A DNA stretch of 64,000 nucleotides, from assembly GCA_951406725.2 (NCBI GenBank), contig OX597824.1, positions 17,050,001-17,114,000 on the forward strand, written 5' to 3'. The translations under genes and the position numbers were made by a program. The notes under the pieces were generated by a model. That model searched no databases. It was not told where the DNA came from and saw only the letters and a list, made by a program, of their open reading frames with translations. The stretch is from Octopus vulgaris. Taxonomy: Eukaryota. Shown in pieces: positions 42,496 to 55,314 of this stretch; the stretch's first letter is position 1; the number at the start of each line of letters is the position of its first letter.

Positions 42496-43642
42496 GAATT
42501 GAGTTGGCAATATTTAAATAAAATGAAAGTGTAGAAATCGATAAAAAATACAATTCGTGAAAAAATATAATGAACAATAATTAGAAAAATATACTAGGAA
42601 ATACAAAAAACGGAATCTTCGGAACTTGAGGTAAAATGTGTAAATAAAGGCATAATTATACAAGGGTAGGAACTAAATAATAATATTTTTTTTTTCACTT
42701 ATTTTTTTATATGTTTCTCCAAATTTCTCATTATATTAACGAATGTACATTTCTAAAAAAAAAAAAAAGAAAAAGAAAAGAAAAGATTAAAAAATGTAAA
42801 ACTCTCTTCAAGCGACATTTTATAAATGGATATAAATATATAATTTTTTTTTTTTTTATATATTCCAAATGTACGAAAACAATTTTGATTGCTTGATTTT
42901 TACAGAATGTTTCATCAATAAATCAGTCTGAAAATAGTTGCTTGGAATCGAGTAAATATTTCTGAAACCAACATCGAAGCTCTTATGTGAAATTTATTGC
43001 TAGTTTCGGACCATTACTGAAGAATATAAAAGCTGTTTAAATATACACGAACAGATTATTTTTTTCCCCACATAACAACTTCTTATTCACTAAGATTATA
43101 CGAGTGTTTAACATTTATATTAATATTGTTATTATATTGTTGATATGTTGTGCGTTTATCAATTTTCACATCTCATGAAAAAACATATTCTGGTCTTTCA
43201 TTGAAAATATTTCAACACTTTCAGATTTGTTAAACTACATCACACCGCCGCTCACATTCATGCACGCACACGTCTACGCACGGACACACAAGCGTACATA
43301 TGCTGTTGTCCATGTGAATTTTATTTCAACTTGAAAAACATCACCACTTAACGAATTCATAACATAAAATTTAATACATAAAAAGCTACATTTAAAATAA
43401 ATCTGGTTTCCTTCGTCTTTTGTTTCTATACTCATAAAAGAATGTCTTCACTTTCACAATGCATGTGTATAAAAAAAAAGCAAACATAAATATAGCATTG
43501 TTTTAGAGATATAGACATTTTGAAAATATAAGCTCTGCTTTTTTTCTCCTTAACGTTTTACAAATTTTAACAGATGTGTGTGTGTGTGTGAATGTATATG
43601 CACACACATATGTAAATCTATATACATACATGGATACATATA

Positions 43643-43686
<44 letters not shown>

Positions 43687-44003
43687 TGGAGGTTGGAAGA
43701 AAGAATACGGATATTTATATATGTATATATGTACATATATGTATATAAATATGGGTGTATATATATATATAATATATATACCTATACCTATATCTATATC
43801 TATATAGGTATACATATGTGGGGACACACACATATATAAGCATATATGTGTGTATATACACGCAAATATAGGTATGTCTTCATATATATATATATATATA
43901 TATATATCATATAAAACATATATGTAAATATGTATTCATATATATATATATATATATACACGCAAGTAAGCACACACTCTCATACATACATACATGCATA
44001 CAA

Positions 44004-44034
<31 letters not shown>

Positions 44035-45239
44035 TATATACATACATATATATATATATATATATACACATATATTCTTTATAGCTGCACATGTACTTCG
44101 AGAATGAATTGGGGAAATATGTTTCTGTGTGTGTGTGTGTGTGTGTAGGTGAGGTTCGTATGTCCATGTATAGTCATATACGAATATATATTTCAAAGCT
44201 AGTGGGTCATTTAGCTAATGGAAGAAATATTAGCATTCGGTTTTAGCAAGAGGATTCAAAATAATATTAGAGTATAATTTCTGTGGTTATATGGCGTACG
44301 AATCAGTTGCAGTGGGGGTGGAGTCAATATAGGAAGCCTGAGATATAAAGTAAAACAGAGAAACCATGTTACGTTTATAAATTTGTGTTGCAAGCTTCCT
44401 GATGTGAAACCGTGTGTTGAAACAAATATTGTTGTATTTCAGGATGGTCGTTTTCTTTTCTTTTTGCCAAATAAACACACGCACTGTATATTTGGTCTTC
44501 ACTCGTATATTAATTTCCATATTCCGGAGATCTTTCGTTACACATCTCTGACCTCTTCAGTGACACTTTTCGTTTTCATGAGTGCCCTTGCTTCACTCAC
44601 TCCATTCTGCGCTTGCATGATATGTATCCTTATGTGTGAATGCATTAGCGTCCTTGTTTGTGTGTGTGTGTGAGAGTGTGTGTGTGTGTGTGTGTGTGCG
44701 TGTGTGCGTGTGTGTGTGTATGTGTGTGTGTGTGTGCGTGTGTGTGAATGATTGTATGGAAAACAAAAAACCTTATATCCATGAACTATTTTGTATACCC
44801 AACTTATACAAAGCCCCATTTAAACTCAGATTCATAGAAGAAGCCCGGAAAGGTAGGAAGAGATATAGAGACCTTAGCTAACGAATTTCTATGATTAGAA
44901 CAGTTTTATTAAGAAATATCGGATGTCTTACCAACGTTGTAGTTTAGCTTATTATAACAATCTTGCGTGGATTGTTATTTAAATTTTGGTGTATGAATGT
45001 AATACATATTTATGATGATTCTACACTATATAAATGTAAATTTTAAACTGGGAGACTATGGAATATTTAGAATAATGGATCTAGTGTACTGAAGTACATC
45101 TAAGTATATATCGATCAAATATGAAGTGGATTTCCTACTTAAAATGTGATATGCTAAAGGGATAAATTTTGTTATAGATAATGCATGTGTTGATAGCAGG
45201 CAAGTTATTTAGACTCTTTTAGACATTCCCATGGCAATA

Positions 45240-45560
45240 GGCGCTGATATTGCTGTGTGGTAAGAAGCTTGCTTCCCAACCACATGGTTCGGGGTTCAGT
45301 TCCACTGCGTGACATCTTTGGCAACTGTCTTTTACTATAGCCTCTGGCGGGTTTGGTAGAAGGTGTATTTGTGTGTGTGTGTGTGTGTGCATTTGTCCCC
45401 ATCACACCTTGACATCCGGTGTTGGTGTATTTAAATCTCCGTAAAAAGAAACCGATAAAGTAAATACTAAGTTTAAAAAATAAGTCATTGGGTCGATTTG
45501 TTTGACAAAAAATCCTATTAGGCGCGGTACTCTCGCATGGCCGCAGTCAAATGATTGAAA
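45240..45560 (+). mobile_element. SINE family A, diverged
   Basis: Head, CORE-like box and tail are recognisable. Confidence 0.8.
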
Positions 45561-45562
45561 AT

Positions 45563-45752
45563 CTCTTTTACTCTTTTACTCTTTTACTTGTTTCAGTCAA
45601 TTGGCTGCGGCCATGCTTGAGCACCGCCTTTAGTCGAGCAAATCGACCCCATGACCTACTCTTTGTAAGCCTAGTACTTATTCTATTGGTCTCTTTTGCC
45701 GAATCGCTAAGTTACGGGAGCATAAACACACCGGCATTGGTTCTTAGGCGTT
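45563..45752 (-). mobile_element. SINE family A 3' part, tail-to-tail with the previous copy
   Basis: (CTCTTTTA)3 CTTGTTTCAGTC...GCGGCCATGC. Confidence 0.87.
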
Positions 45753-46273
45753 GGGAGCACACAGCCACCCCTGAACTAATAGAAAGCTAAAAGAATAGGA
45801 TTTTATGGAGTCCTTCGTTTTCCGACCTCTTTAGCATTTTCAACGTGAAGTTTCTTTGTGGTTTCTGGAACAAAAAAAGTTAGACTTGTTTAGTCATGCT
45901 AGTGGTTGTTGTAATTACAAAAATTATATTTTCGTTATCAGTTATACTTTCACCAGGAATATTTGCATGGAATTTTACCTACGTAATCTGAGTCTGACAG
46001 GATCAATGTATATACAAGAGTATATACCTGAACCTTTTGAATGAGACTCGTAAGAAAGCCGAGATGATAAAGCTGTATAGTAAAATTTATGAGGTTTACA
46101 TTAAAGTCACTCGCATACCGCTTACGGGATACTACACAATTTTGAGACAAGGACATACCACATTCAGCTCGATGAGTATTAAGATTTGGAAAAATATTTA
46201 ATACATGTAATATATTGATTTCAAATTTCAGGGAAGAAGCTGCGTCGATTACTTCGATGCAAGTGAGGAACTA

Positions 46274-46839
46274 TTGGGTTGTCCGGAAAGTTCGTACCGA
46301 TTTATGGTAGCTTACCTTTCGACTTATTTTAGAACATAGTTAAGTTCATAAAATAGGATTCGACTACACCTCCATTTAGAGCACAGTTGAAGCTATCTTT
46401 TCGTGGAAGAAGGTTTATGTTCCTATCAACTGTGTTAATTCTGGAACCCTTTAAAATGGAAGATAAGAAAGTTCATTTTCGGCACTTGATGCTTTGGGAA
46501 CCAGACAAAAATTGCTGCAGCTCTGCTGGGATGTGTTACCCCACCCTCCATATTCACCAGATATTGCTCCTTCGGATTTCCACTTAATCAGGTCTCTGCA
46601 GAATAGTCTTAATGGTAAAACTTTTAATTCCTTGGATGACGTAAAAAGATACCTCAATGAATTCTTTGCCATGAAACCACCCCAATTCTGGGAAGGGGGT
46701 ATTTTCAAATAAAAGGAAAGATGGAGACGCATTGTGCAACAAAATGGTTCATATTTGGTTGATAAAAAATGTAATGGCAAGTATTTATTGACCTTTTTCT
46801 TTCCTTTAAAAATCGGCACGAACTTTCCGGACAACCCAA
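46274..46839 (+). mobile_element. Internally deleted mariner DNA transposon (mellifera-like), inserted in a family C SINE remnant
   Basis: ~30-bp TIRs TTGGGTTGTCCGGAAAGTTCGTACCGATTT / AAATCGGCACGAACTTTCCGGACAACCCAA, with TA on the left. MEDKKVHFRHLMLWE is fused to TRQKLLQLCWDVLPHPPYSPDIAPSDFHL (YSPDLAP motif). Confidence 0.95.
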
Positions 46840-47605
46840 TTGTATTTATTTGTTCGACCCCGAAAGGATGAGAGGCTAGGACGAAATGTCGTTAAGCGGT
46901 TTGCCCGGCGTACTAACGATTCTGCCAGATCGCCACATTTAAGAGATGTAACATATAAGCAGATTTTACTAATAACCATATAAGTCACATTAGATTAAGT
47001 TTATTATGCCAAAGATTAATACAAATATTTAAAAGGGTTTGGGTTATTCAATGTTATATTTAGTAAGCTTACACTCATTTGGAACTTACACTTAAGTAAT
47101 AGATTAGAAGCTAAACACTCCGAATATATTATTGCCAATATTAAGTATACGAGAGGCTTGGTAATGGTGTAAGAGTTTATTTTGTAAACCTGTCTGATCC
47201 AGTTTCTATTTAATTATTTATATATGTTAATCCATTACTAATTATTTGCTTGTAGGATTCTATATGGTTTTACGTGGGATATGTTCGCTCACACGTTACA
47301 TCAGATTTCTTGTAGTAGATTTCCTATGAATCATTTATTAGTATCGAATTCACATAAGTCGATGCAGGAGATATAAACGTGTATGCGTTTTATTTCTCAT
47401 TGGGCTATGATAAGGTTTTATAAATCGGAGATTCGTATTCATGGTACAAGCATTTTATTTTTTTACATTCACAATAGCGATATGCTATTGTTTCTAAGGC
47501 TGTTTCAACTCCTAGGAACAATTGATTATACATTGGCCTCTCTTGTGTAAGCCCGCTCTCGTAATTCGGTTTGTTTGTAGTTTCTTACTGACTATGTATA
47601 AATCA

Positions 47606-47989
47606 GTGGAGGCGCAATAGCCCAGTGGTTAGGGCAGCGGACTCGCGGTCATAGGATCGCGGTTTCGATTCCTGGACCGGGCGTTGTGAGTGTTTATTGA
47701 GCGAAAACACCTAAAGCTCCACGAGGCTCCGGCAGGGGATGGTGGTGATCCCTGCTGTACTCTTTCACCACAACTTTCTCTCACTCTTACTTCCTGTTTC
47801 TGTTGTACCTGTATTTCAAAGGGCCAACCTTGTCACTCTCTGTGTCACGCTGAATATCCCCGAGAACTACGTTAAGGGTACACGTGTCTGTGGAGTGCTC
47901 AGCCACTTACACCTTAATTTCACGAGCAGGCTGTTCCGTTGATTCGGATCAACCGGAACCCTCGTCGTCGTAACCGACGGAGTGCTTCC
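47606..47989 (+). mobile_element. SINE family B, tail type 1, full length with a 12-bp TSD
   Basis: TSD ATGTATAAATCA at 47594-47605 and 47990-48001. Confidence 0.95.
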
Positions 47990-48481
47990 ATGTATAAATC
48001 AAATATTTTCCAGATGTTAGGCGCACATTCTTGTATAGAACGAATGACGTTTCGCGACATCACAAAACTGTCCTTTTCTTCTTTTGTTACCTCCATCGAT
48101 AATATCTAAATTCATTATTTAATGGATGCGTGTGACTTTTTTTTGCGAGTTCAACCTATATGTTTCTCTCACGTTACTTTATAACCAATTGGCACCGGGC
48201 GAGGGAATTGCCCTGCTTATGTTATACTATAGAGTTTTCACGTTAGTGTCACAATTCAATTTTTACTGTAATGTTGAATCAATTTTCCTTACAGGTCCTT
48301 CGGCTATTTTGGTTTCGTGTTAGAGTTTGTTAATGTTTAAATTCTATAAGACTATACTGTGTTGCATATACTTTTAGTTTAACGGGGTCAGAAGGCCGAT
48401 AAAAACCTGATGTATATATATATATATATATGTTTGTACGTATATGTGTATATATGTGTGTACACGTATGTGTATATATAC

Positions 48482-48524
<43 letters not shown>

Positions 48525-48552
48525 TCGATGTGTGTACATGTATGTGTATATA

Positions 48553-49248
48553 AATTTTGGGGGAGGGAGCCAGTCGATTAGATCGACTCCAGTACGAAAT
48601 ATCTATTTCTTTACTACCCACAAGGCGCTAAACACAGAGTCGACAAACGGATTAAGTCGATTAAATCGATCTCAGTGAGTAACTGGTACTTAATTTATCG
48701 ACTCCCGAAAGGATGAAAGGCAAAGTCAACCTCGGCGGAATTTGAACTCAGAACGTAGCGACAGACAAAATACCGCTAAGTATTTCGCTCGGCGTGCTAA
48801 CGTTTCTGCCAGCTCGCCGCCTTAGACAGTGAAAGATATTTTTTCTACTCTAGGCAAGAGGCCCGAAATATTTGGGGAGGGAGTCTATCGTTTACATCGA
48901 ACCCACTACGCAATTGGTACTTAATTTATCGACCCCCAAAAGGATGAAAGGCAAAGTCGACCTCGGCGGAATTTGAACTCAGAACGTAAAGCATAGGAAA
49001 TACCAATTTCTTTACTACCCACAAGGCGCTAAACACAGAGTCGACAAACAAGGACAGACAAACGGATTAAGTCGATTAAATCGATCTCAGTGCGTAACTG
49101 GTACTTAATTTATCGACTCCCGAAAGGATGAAAGGCAAAGTCGACCTCGGCGGAATTTGAACTCAGAACGTAGCGGCAGACGAAATACCGCTAAGTACTG
49201 CTAAGCATTTCGCCCGGCGTGCTAACGTTTCTGCCAGCTCGCCGCCTT
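48553..49248 (-). mobile_element. Two adjacent SINE family C dimers with mixed tails 1 and 2
   Basis: Heads at about 48822 and 49247; internal GAAAT...TATTTC-type junctions at about 48600 and 49003. Confidence 0.88.
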
Positions 49249-49829
49249 AGAAAATATAAATATTCAATATAGAAGACTGAGATGTTCACTTTACCTCAGA
49301 ATCCAGTATTTGAATTTCATGATATTTGTGTGATATCGTGTCTGCTGGATGGATGGAGAGATAGACAGAAAGACTGTGAGAGGAAAGAGGTAGATAAAGA
49401 GACCTTGGGGAAATAGAGAGAGAGACAGAAGGAAAATCGTAACAGTAGATGTTGTTGTAGTAGTAGGAGTAATAGTAGTAGAAGAATTGAGGTAGGGGGT
49501 TTTATTGGTTCTGAGAAAAACTAGTGTAGTTCAATTGTCTGTGTAAGGATTGTTTGCTTTCTTTGCTGCCTGGGGCTAAATGTTTAGTATTTTGTTGTGT
49601 GGGCGCTATATCTGGTTGTCCTGTTTATCTGTTTAATGTCTGTGGGTTTTCTCTTTATTTCAATGATTGCGCCTTGAGGCTCAGCTGTGCTGTTTGCGGT
49701 GTAGATTTTGAATGGAATATTATTTCGTTTTGTATCATTTGTAGATAAGTTTCGTCATTATGAATACTGAGAATGTGTTGTAGGTTGATCAAGTTGCAAG
49801 GCTTTCATTTTGCAGTGTATAACAAGACA

Positions 49830-50268
49830 AACTTTTCGTGTATAATTCCTTTCTACTCTAGGCAAAAGCCCGGAAATTTTAGGGCAGTTTGCCTGTCGAT
49901 TAGATCGACACCAGTATGCAACTGATACTTAATTTATCGACCTCCAAAGAATGACAGGCTAAGTCGATCTTTACGTGTATAATTCCTTTCTACTCTAGGC
50001 AAAAGGCTGGAAACTTTGGGGCAGTTTGCCAGTCGATTAGTTCGACTCCAGTATTCAGTTGGTATTTAATTTATCGACCTCGAAAGGATGATAGGCTAAG
50101 TCGATCTTTACGTGTATAATTCCTTTCTACTCTAGGCAAAAGGCCGGAAATTTTGGCGCAGTTAGCCAGTCGATTAGATCGACACCAGTATTCAACTGGT
50201 ATTTAATTTATCGAACTCGAAAGGATGACAGGCTAAGTCGACCTTGGCGGAACTTTGCGTGTATAATT
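49830..50268 (-). repeat. Three-unit ~137-bp minisatellite made of a truncated family C SINE plus its target site
   Basis: CGTGTATAATT at 49837, 49974, 50111 and 50258, each separated by a tail-2 SINE fragment. Confidence 0.88.
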
Positions 50269-50357
50269 GCGTGCACTAATGATAGAGGTACCACTTATTT
50301 AAGCCTCCTGATATATTTTAGAGCGTATTGTTGCTGACCATATTAGGGGATAATATT

Positions 50358-50950
50358 CCTTTCTATTATAGGCACGGAGCCTGAAATGTCGGGGGAGGTG
50401 GTCAGTTGATCAGATCGACACCAGTAAGTAAGTGGTACTTAATTTATCGGCCCCGAAGGGAGGAAAGGCAAGATCGACATAGGCGGAATTTGAACTCATA
50501 ACATAGCGGCAGACGGAATATCGCTAAGCATTTCACCCGGCGTGCTAACGATTCTTTTCTACTCTAGGCGAAAAGGCCCGAAATTTTTGGCGAGGTTCCA
50601 GTCCTACACATGGACCCCAATACACAGCTGGTGCATAAATTATAGATCCCGAAAGGATAAAACGCAATTTTGACCTCGGCGGAATTTGAAATCAGAACAT
50701 AAAGACAGACGAAATATCTATTTCTTTACTACCCACAAGAGGCTAAACGCAGAGAGGACAAACAAAAACAGTCAAACGGATTAAGTCGATTGCATCGACT
50801 CCAGTGCGTAACTGGTACTTAATTTATCGACCCCGAAAGGATGAAAGGCAAAGTCGTGCTCGGCGGAATTTGAACTCAGAACGTTACGGCAGACGAAATA
50901 CCGCTAAACATTTCGCCCGGCGCGCTAACGTTTCTGCCACTTCGCTGCCT
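50358..50950 (-). mobile_element. SINE family C heterotrimer with a 17-bp TSD
   Basis: TSD TATTAGGGG(A/C)TAATATT at 50341-50357 and 50951-50967. Confidence 0.9.
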
Positions 50951-51677
50951 TATTAGGGGCTAATATTGACGAAACTGCAGGTGTATAGCAACGTTGACGC
51001 TTTTTTGTATGCCCTGAAGAGTGTCTATATTTTCATGTTGCCTACATCGGTAGTATGTAAATTGAGTGATCTAAGGGATTCATATAAAATTTTTATACGT
51101 GTCCATTCAACCTTACTTGTCGAATATATGGCCTAATAAAGTTTGACATTTATTGTTAAAAGTGACGTCTGTTGTGTTTCTTTTCATAGATACAGATGCA
51201 TCGTTGCTGTTGTTGTGTAAAAACTAAGAAGTGGTTGCATATATTGCATATCGGGGAAGTTTCAGTTACCTCTTACAACCCGAGCTAAGTTCCTGTGACG
51301 AGTCTACGGAACATTAATTTGCATTGGGTTCAGCCAAACAGTTTTTAGTAATAATCTGTGTAACTCCTAAAATGTCTAGTTGTGGCGAGACAAAGAAGGG
51401 CACGCAACACACATACGAACACGCTTTCACACGCATGAATGTATGTATGCATGAACGAATGTATGTATCTATTTACATGCACACACACACAGATCCACAA
51501 ATACACACACACAAACACACATACATACACACAAATACAAACACATATGTGTATGTATATGTATGTATGTATATATATGATTAAACGTTTCAACTACATG
51601 TACTTATCGCACTAAACCCCCAGAAACTTTAGTTGACGTACAGGAACACTTCAGAACCGGCACAAAGAGAGAGCATG

Positions 51678-51729
<52 letters not shown>

Positions 51730-52239
51730 GAAAAAATAGGATAAAATCTTTATAAGTATTTATCATGAAGTTAGCGTGAGAAACCTCATAAGGGAAAACT
51801 CCATAAATTATTCCTTTTAAATATATTTATTTATATTTAGGGCATTACTATACATAAATGCCTCACGCTAGGAGGGACTCTTAAGGTCAAAACTACCATA
51901 ATAAATAAGCACATAGTACCGAACTCGAGGGAATGCAACTCTCCAAGCGAGCATTTTAAAACCAGATTCAGCTGCAAATATATCATATGATTTCATAATT
52001 AGTGCACTCAATGCACTTTGTAATCATCAGTGCAAGCATAATTCAAGATACATATAAATGAGCAAAAATCATCATACCAGAGGAACGCCACATGTATCCA
52101 GCATAGAACATAGAATTGTTCACCCTTATATATCTATGTAAAAGGCGGGCTGTTCAAATTGCATCTCTGTGCACGTGTTTATTCAGAATAAACTTCAGCA
52201 CTGAATATATTCCGGTTAAAATTATTACTATTGTTATTA

Positions 52240-52385
52240 GTACTACTCCTTTTTATCAGCTGAGTGTATTAGAGCGACGTGAAACAATGTCTTGCTCAAG
52301 GACACAACACACTACCAACTATGGAGCTCACGACCTCGCGAGCTTGAACTGAATACCCTAACTTCTAAGCCACGTGACTTCACAC
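52240..52385 (-). mobile_element. Old tRNA-derived SINE fragment with a CORE-like GTGTCCTTGAGCAAGAC box
   Basis: Plus strand reads TGTCTTGCTCAAGGACACAAC...CCCTAAC...AAGCCACGTG. Confidence 0.6.
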
Positions 52386-52956
52386 TTCGTTATATTAATC
52401 ACTAAATATACACGATGCAATGTTACTTCATTTTTAATGACACCAATCTATGGATTTTTGGTAATATATACGCTACATCTATTACGTTTTTACCTTGTAG
52501 TTTTGTGTTAATTACTTACAATACATATATGAAATTTTGAGGCTGGTGACACCGGTCCTGTACTGTTGCCGACCGGGAAATTACTGTCTTTAATTCACCC
52601 GAGAAAAAAGAGCAACAACATCATACGTTTGAGTTGGCAACCCAGAAATGGAAGACGTAGAAGCAACCGTGAGTCCTAATATAGTAAATTATTACCGCGA
52701 AGACGTTATTTCTCTGTCGTCGTCATCCCTATAATATGTATAAAGCAAACAGCATTAAGAACATACAGCAACTAAATATATAACACTACAATATGAATAA
52801 AGATAAGAGTACATTTAGTCCGCTCTCTCTTTTTTTTTGTATAGTTCTACACGTGTATTTTTGCAAGTGGTTTTCGATTTTCGCATTTTTCGTTTGCTTT
52901 TAACTGATGAGCGAATGATGTATCTGGATGGCATATTAGTGTGAACAGATCTCAAA

Positions 52957-53030
<74 letters not shown>

Positions 53031-53133
53031 CCTCATACATGCAAAGACGTGAATATAATTATGCCTCTCTATGTGCACATAAATATATATATATATTTTT
53101 TTTGTGAGCATGTGTGTGCACATAAATGCATAA

Positions 53134-53208
<75 letters not shown>

Positions 53209-53307
53209 TATACATATATCATGTATTTATGCATAATATGTATACACACAGAGACGCAAGTATATATAAATATAAATATAAATATATATGTATATATATA
53301 CGTGTAT

Positions 53308-53360
<53 letters not shown>

Positions 53361-53500
53361 ATGTGTATGTATGCATGCATGTATAATATATATGTTTTTA
53401 TAATATTTACCAGTCATTAACCATTAAATTCTGAAACATGAAGTCCTCTAAACGGCCATCAAACCAGCACACTTACAAATCTTTTGAGGAGAGATAAAAG

Positions 53501-53552
<52 letters not shown>

Positions 53553-54064
53553 AAGAGAGAGAAGTAGAGAAACGACGACAAGAGAAATAAACGTACAATA
53601 TTGGATTTAATGATAAAACGAAAACCACAGGGAAAAAAGAAAAAAGACTAAAAAATAGGATAAAATTAATTTAAGATGGATCAAAAAGCCAAACGGCCGA
53701 ATAACGAAGCCATTATACAATTTTTTCCATTCTAAATCATTACAAGGTTCTCCTGAAATAATAACAGTACAATTTTATTTTATTTTCGAAATATTTTTTG
53801 TGTCCTAGATTTTCTCTGTGAAATCTTTAGTACATCTTTATGAAAATTATCTTGGTAAAGTTGAATTTTGCATATATAGAATGATACTATCATATATACA
53901 TAAATATAGATGGATACTATCATATATACAGAAATATAAGCGATTATGTATGTAAGTATGTTCTCTACTGGTTTTAATTATTTGAAGTCTTCCCGTGAGG
54001 AGGGAGTTTTTAACAACGTTAGAATACTCAGTCTTTGGCATATAAATAAAGAATAAACAAACAC

Positions 54065-54349
54065 ATTTTAAACTTGAGAAAAGCCTTGAATATTTTTAAT
54101 GTTCCACTTACAGACTAAGGCGTAAATTTTCTGGTTGATTTTATTTTTCTAAACCTTCTAGTTCATCCATGTTATCATTTAGGGATTTACGCACAAAATC
54201 TAGAGCACCAATTATCATCGGTAAAATGTGAATTAATTGTCTGGATTTAGAAGCGATAGACGTGGAAGCAGTTCGCCTTAGGCCTCCACATTCTCTTTGA
54301 GTTTCGAAGAAATATTCACAATAGCAGGCTATCTGACTTCTATGACAGC

Positions 54350-54350
<1 letters not shown>
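54065..54350 (-). mobile_element. RLE-type LINE (CRE/HERO-like) endonuclease C-terminus
   Basis: [17 protein letters not shown]...[13 protein letters not shown]...[14 protein letters not shown]...SGTLKIFKAFLKF. Confidence 0.65.
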
Positions 54351-54438
<88 letters not shown>

Positions 54439-54440
54439 TA

Positions 54441-54530
<90 letters not shown>

Positions 54531-54848
54531 CTAGTATCGCCCGGCGTTGCTCGGGTTTGTAAAATAACTATAAAGCATTTTTAGAGAGTTATAGCCAAAA
54601 AATGGGAAAAAAATGATGGTAAATTTTTTTTTAGTTAAAAAGGTCGAGTTGCGTCCCCTAGACATGATTCTCGACTCCATGTCGAATTTATCGATTTTTT
54701 TCAGAACTGGGGGAACTTTTCAAAATTTTCGCTGCGTTAGTTTTGAATTATGACATTGGGCTATGTGTGTGTCAAGTTTCATCAGAATCGGTTGAAAGCC
54801 GTGGTCAGGGTGAGGTACAACCTGACAGACACACAGAAACACACACAG

Positions 54849-54852
<4 letters not shown>
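54531..54852 (-). mobile_element. Non-autonomous Helitron, 5' end lost in (TA)n
   Basis: Nearly identical to 57554-57927; has the 3' hairpin CCCGAGCAACGCCGGG and CTAG. Confidence 0.85.
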
Positions 54853-54918
<66 letters not shown>

Positions 54919-54922
<4 letters not shown>

Positions 54923-55085
54923 GCTGTGTGGTAAGTAGCTTGTTTACCAACCACATGGTTCAGGGTTCAGTCACCTTGCGTGGCTCCTTGGGCAAGTGTC
55001 TTCTACTATAGCCTCGGGCCGACCAAAGCCTTGTAAGTGGATTTGGTAGACGGAAACTGAAAGAAGCCCGTCGAATATATACATA
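54919..55085 (+). mobile_element. SINE family A 5' half
   Basis: Head and CORE-like box up to the internal TA tract. Confidence 0.88.
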
Positions 55086-55095
55086 TATATATATA

Positions 55096-55300
55096 TACAG
55101 AGAGAGAGTAAAGTCCACTGTGATCCGTATGTAGGAGAGGAGCAGCCGGAGGGTAAAGATCCAAACGAGAATCCGTAAATGGTAGATAAAGAGCAGATAA
55201 AGAGTCCAGTGGTGAAGTTCCTGAGCGTTATACAGATACATCTGTTTGTTTTGTACACCACCTGTCTTCGTCTTTTGTTTTTTTTTCGTAAACTCTCCCT
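55096..55300 (+). mobile_element. (TA)n-embedded fragment sharing its 3' end with the hammerhead element at 56740
   Basis: TTTGTACACCACCTGTCTTCGTCTTTTGTTT matches TTTGTACTCCACCTGCCTTCGTCTTTTGTTT at about 56885. Confidence 0.6.
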
Positions 55301-55314
55301 ATATATATATATAT

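Noticed and set aside
51011-51140. CTGAAGAG possibly starting another hammerhead, with weak Penelope-like peptides at 49500-49830
   Set aside because: No intact GAAA box or clear helix II could be assigned, and the peptide similarity is too weak to call.
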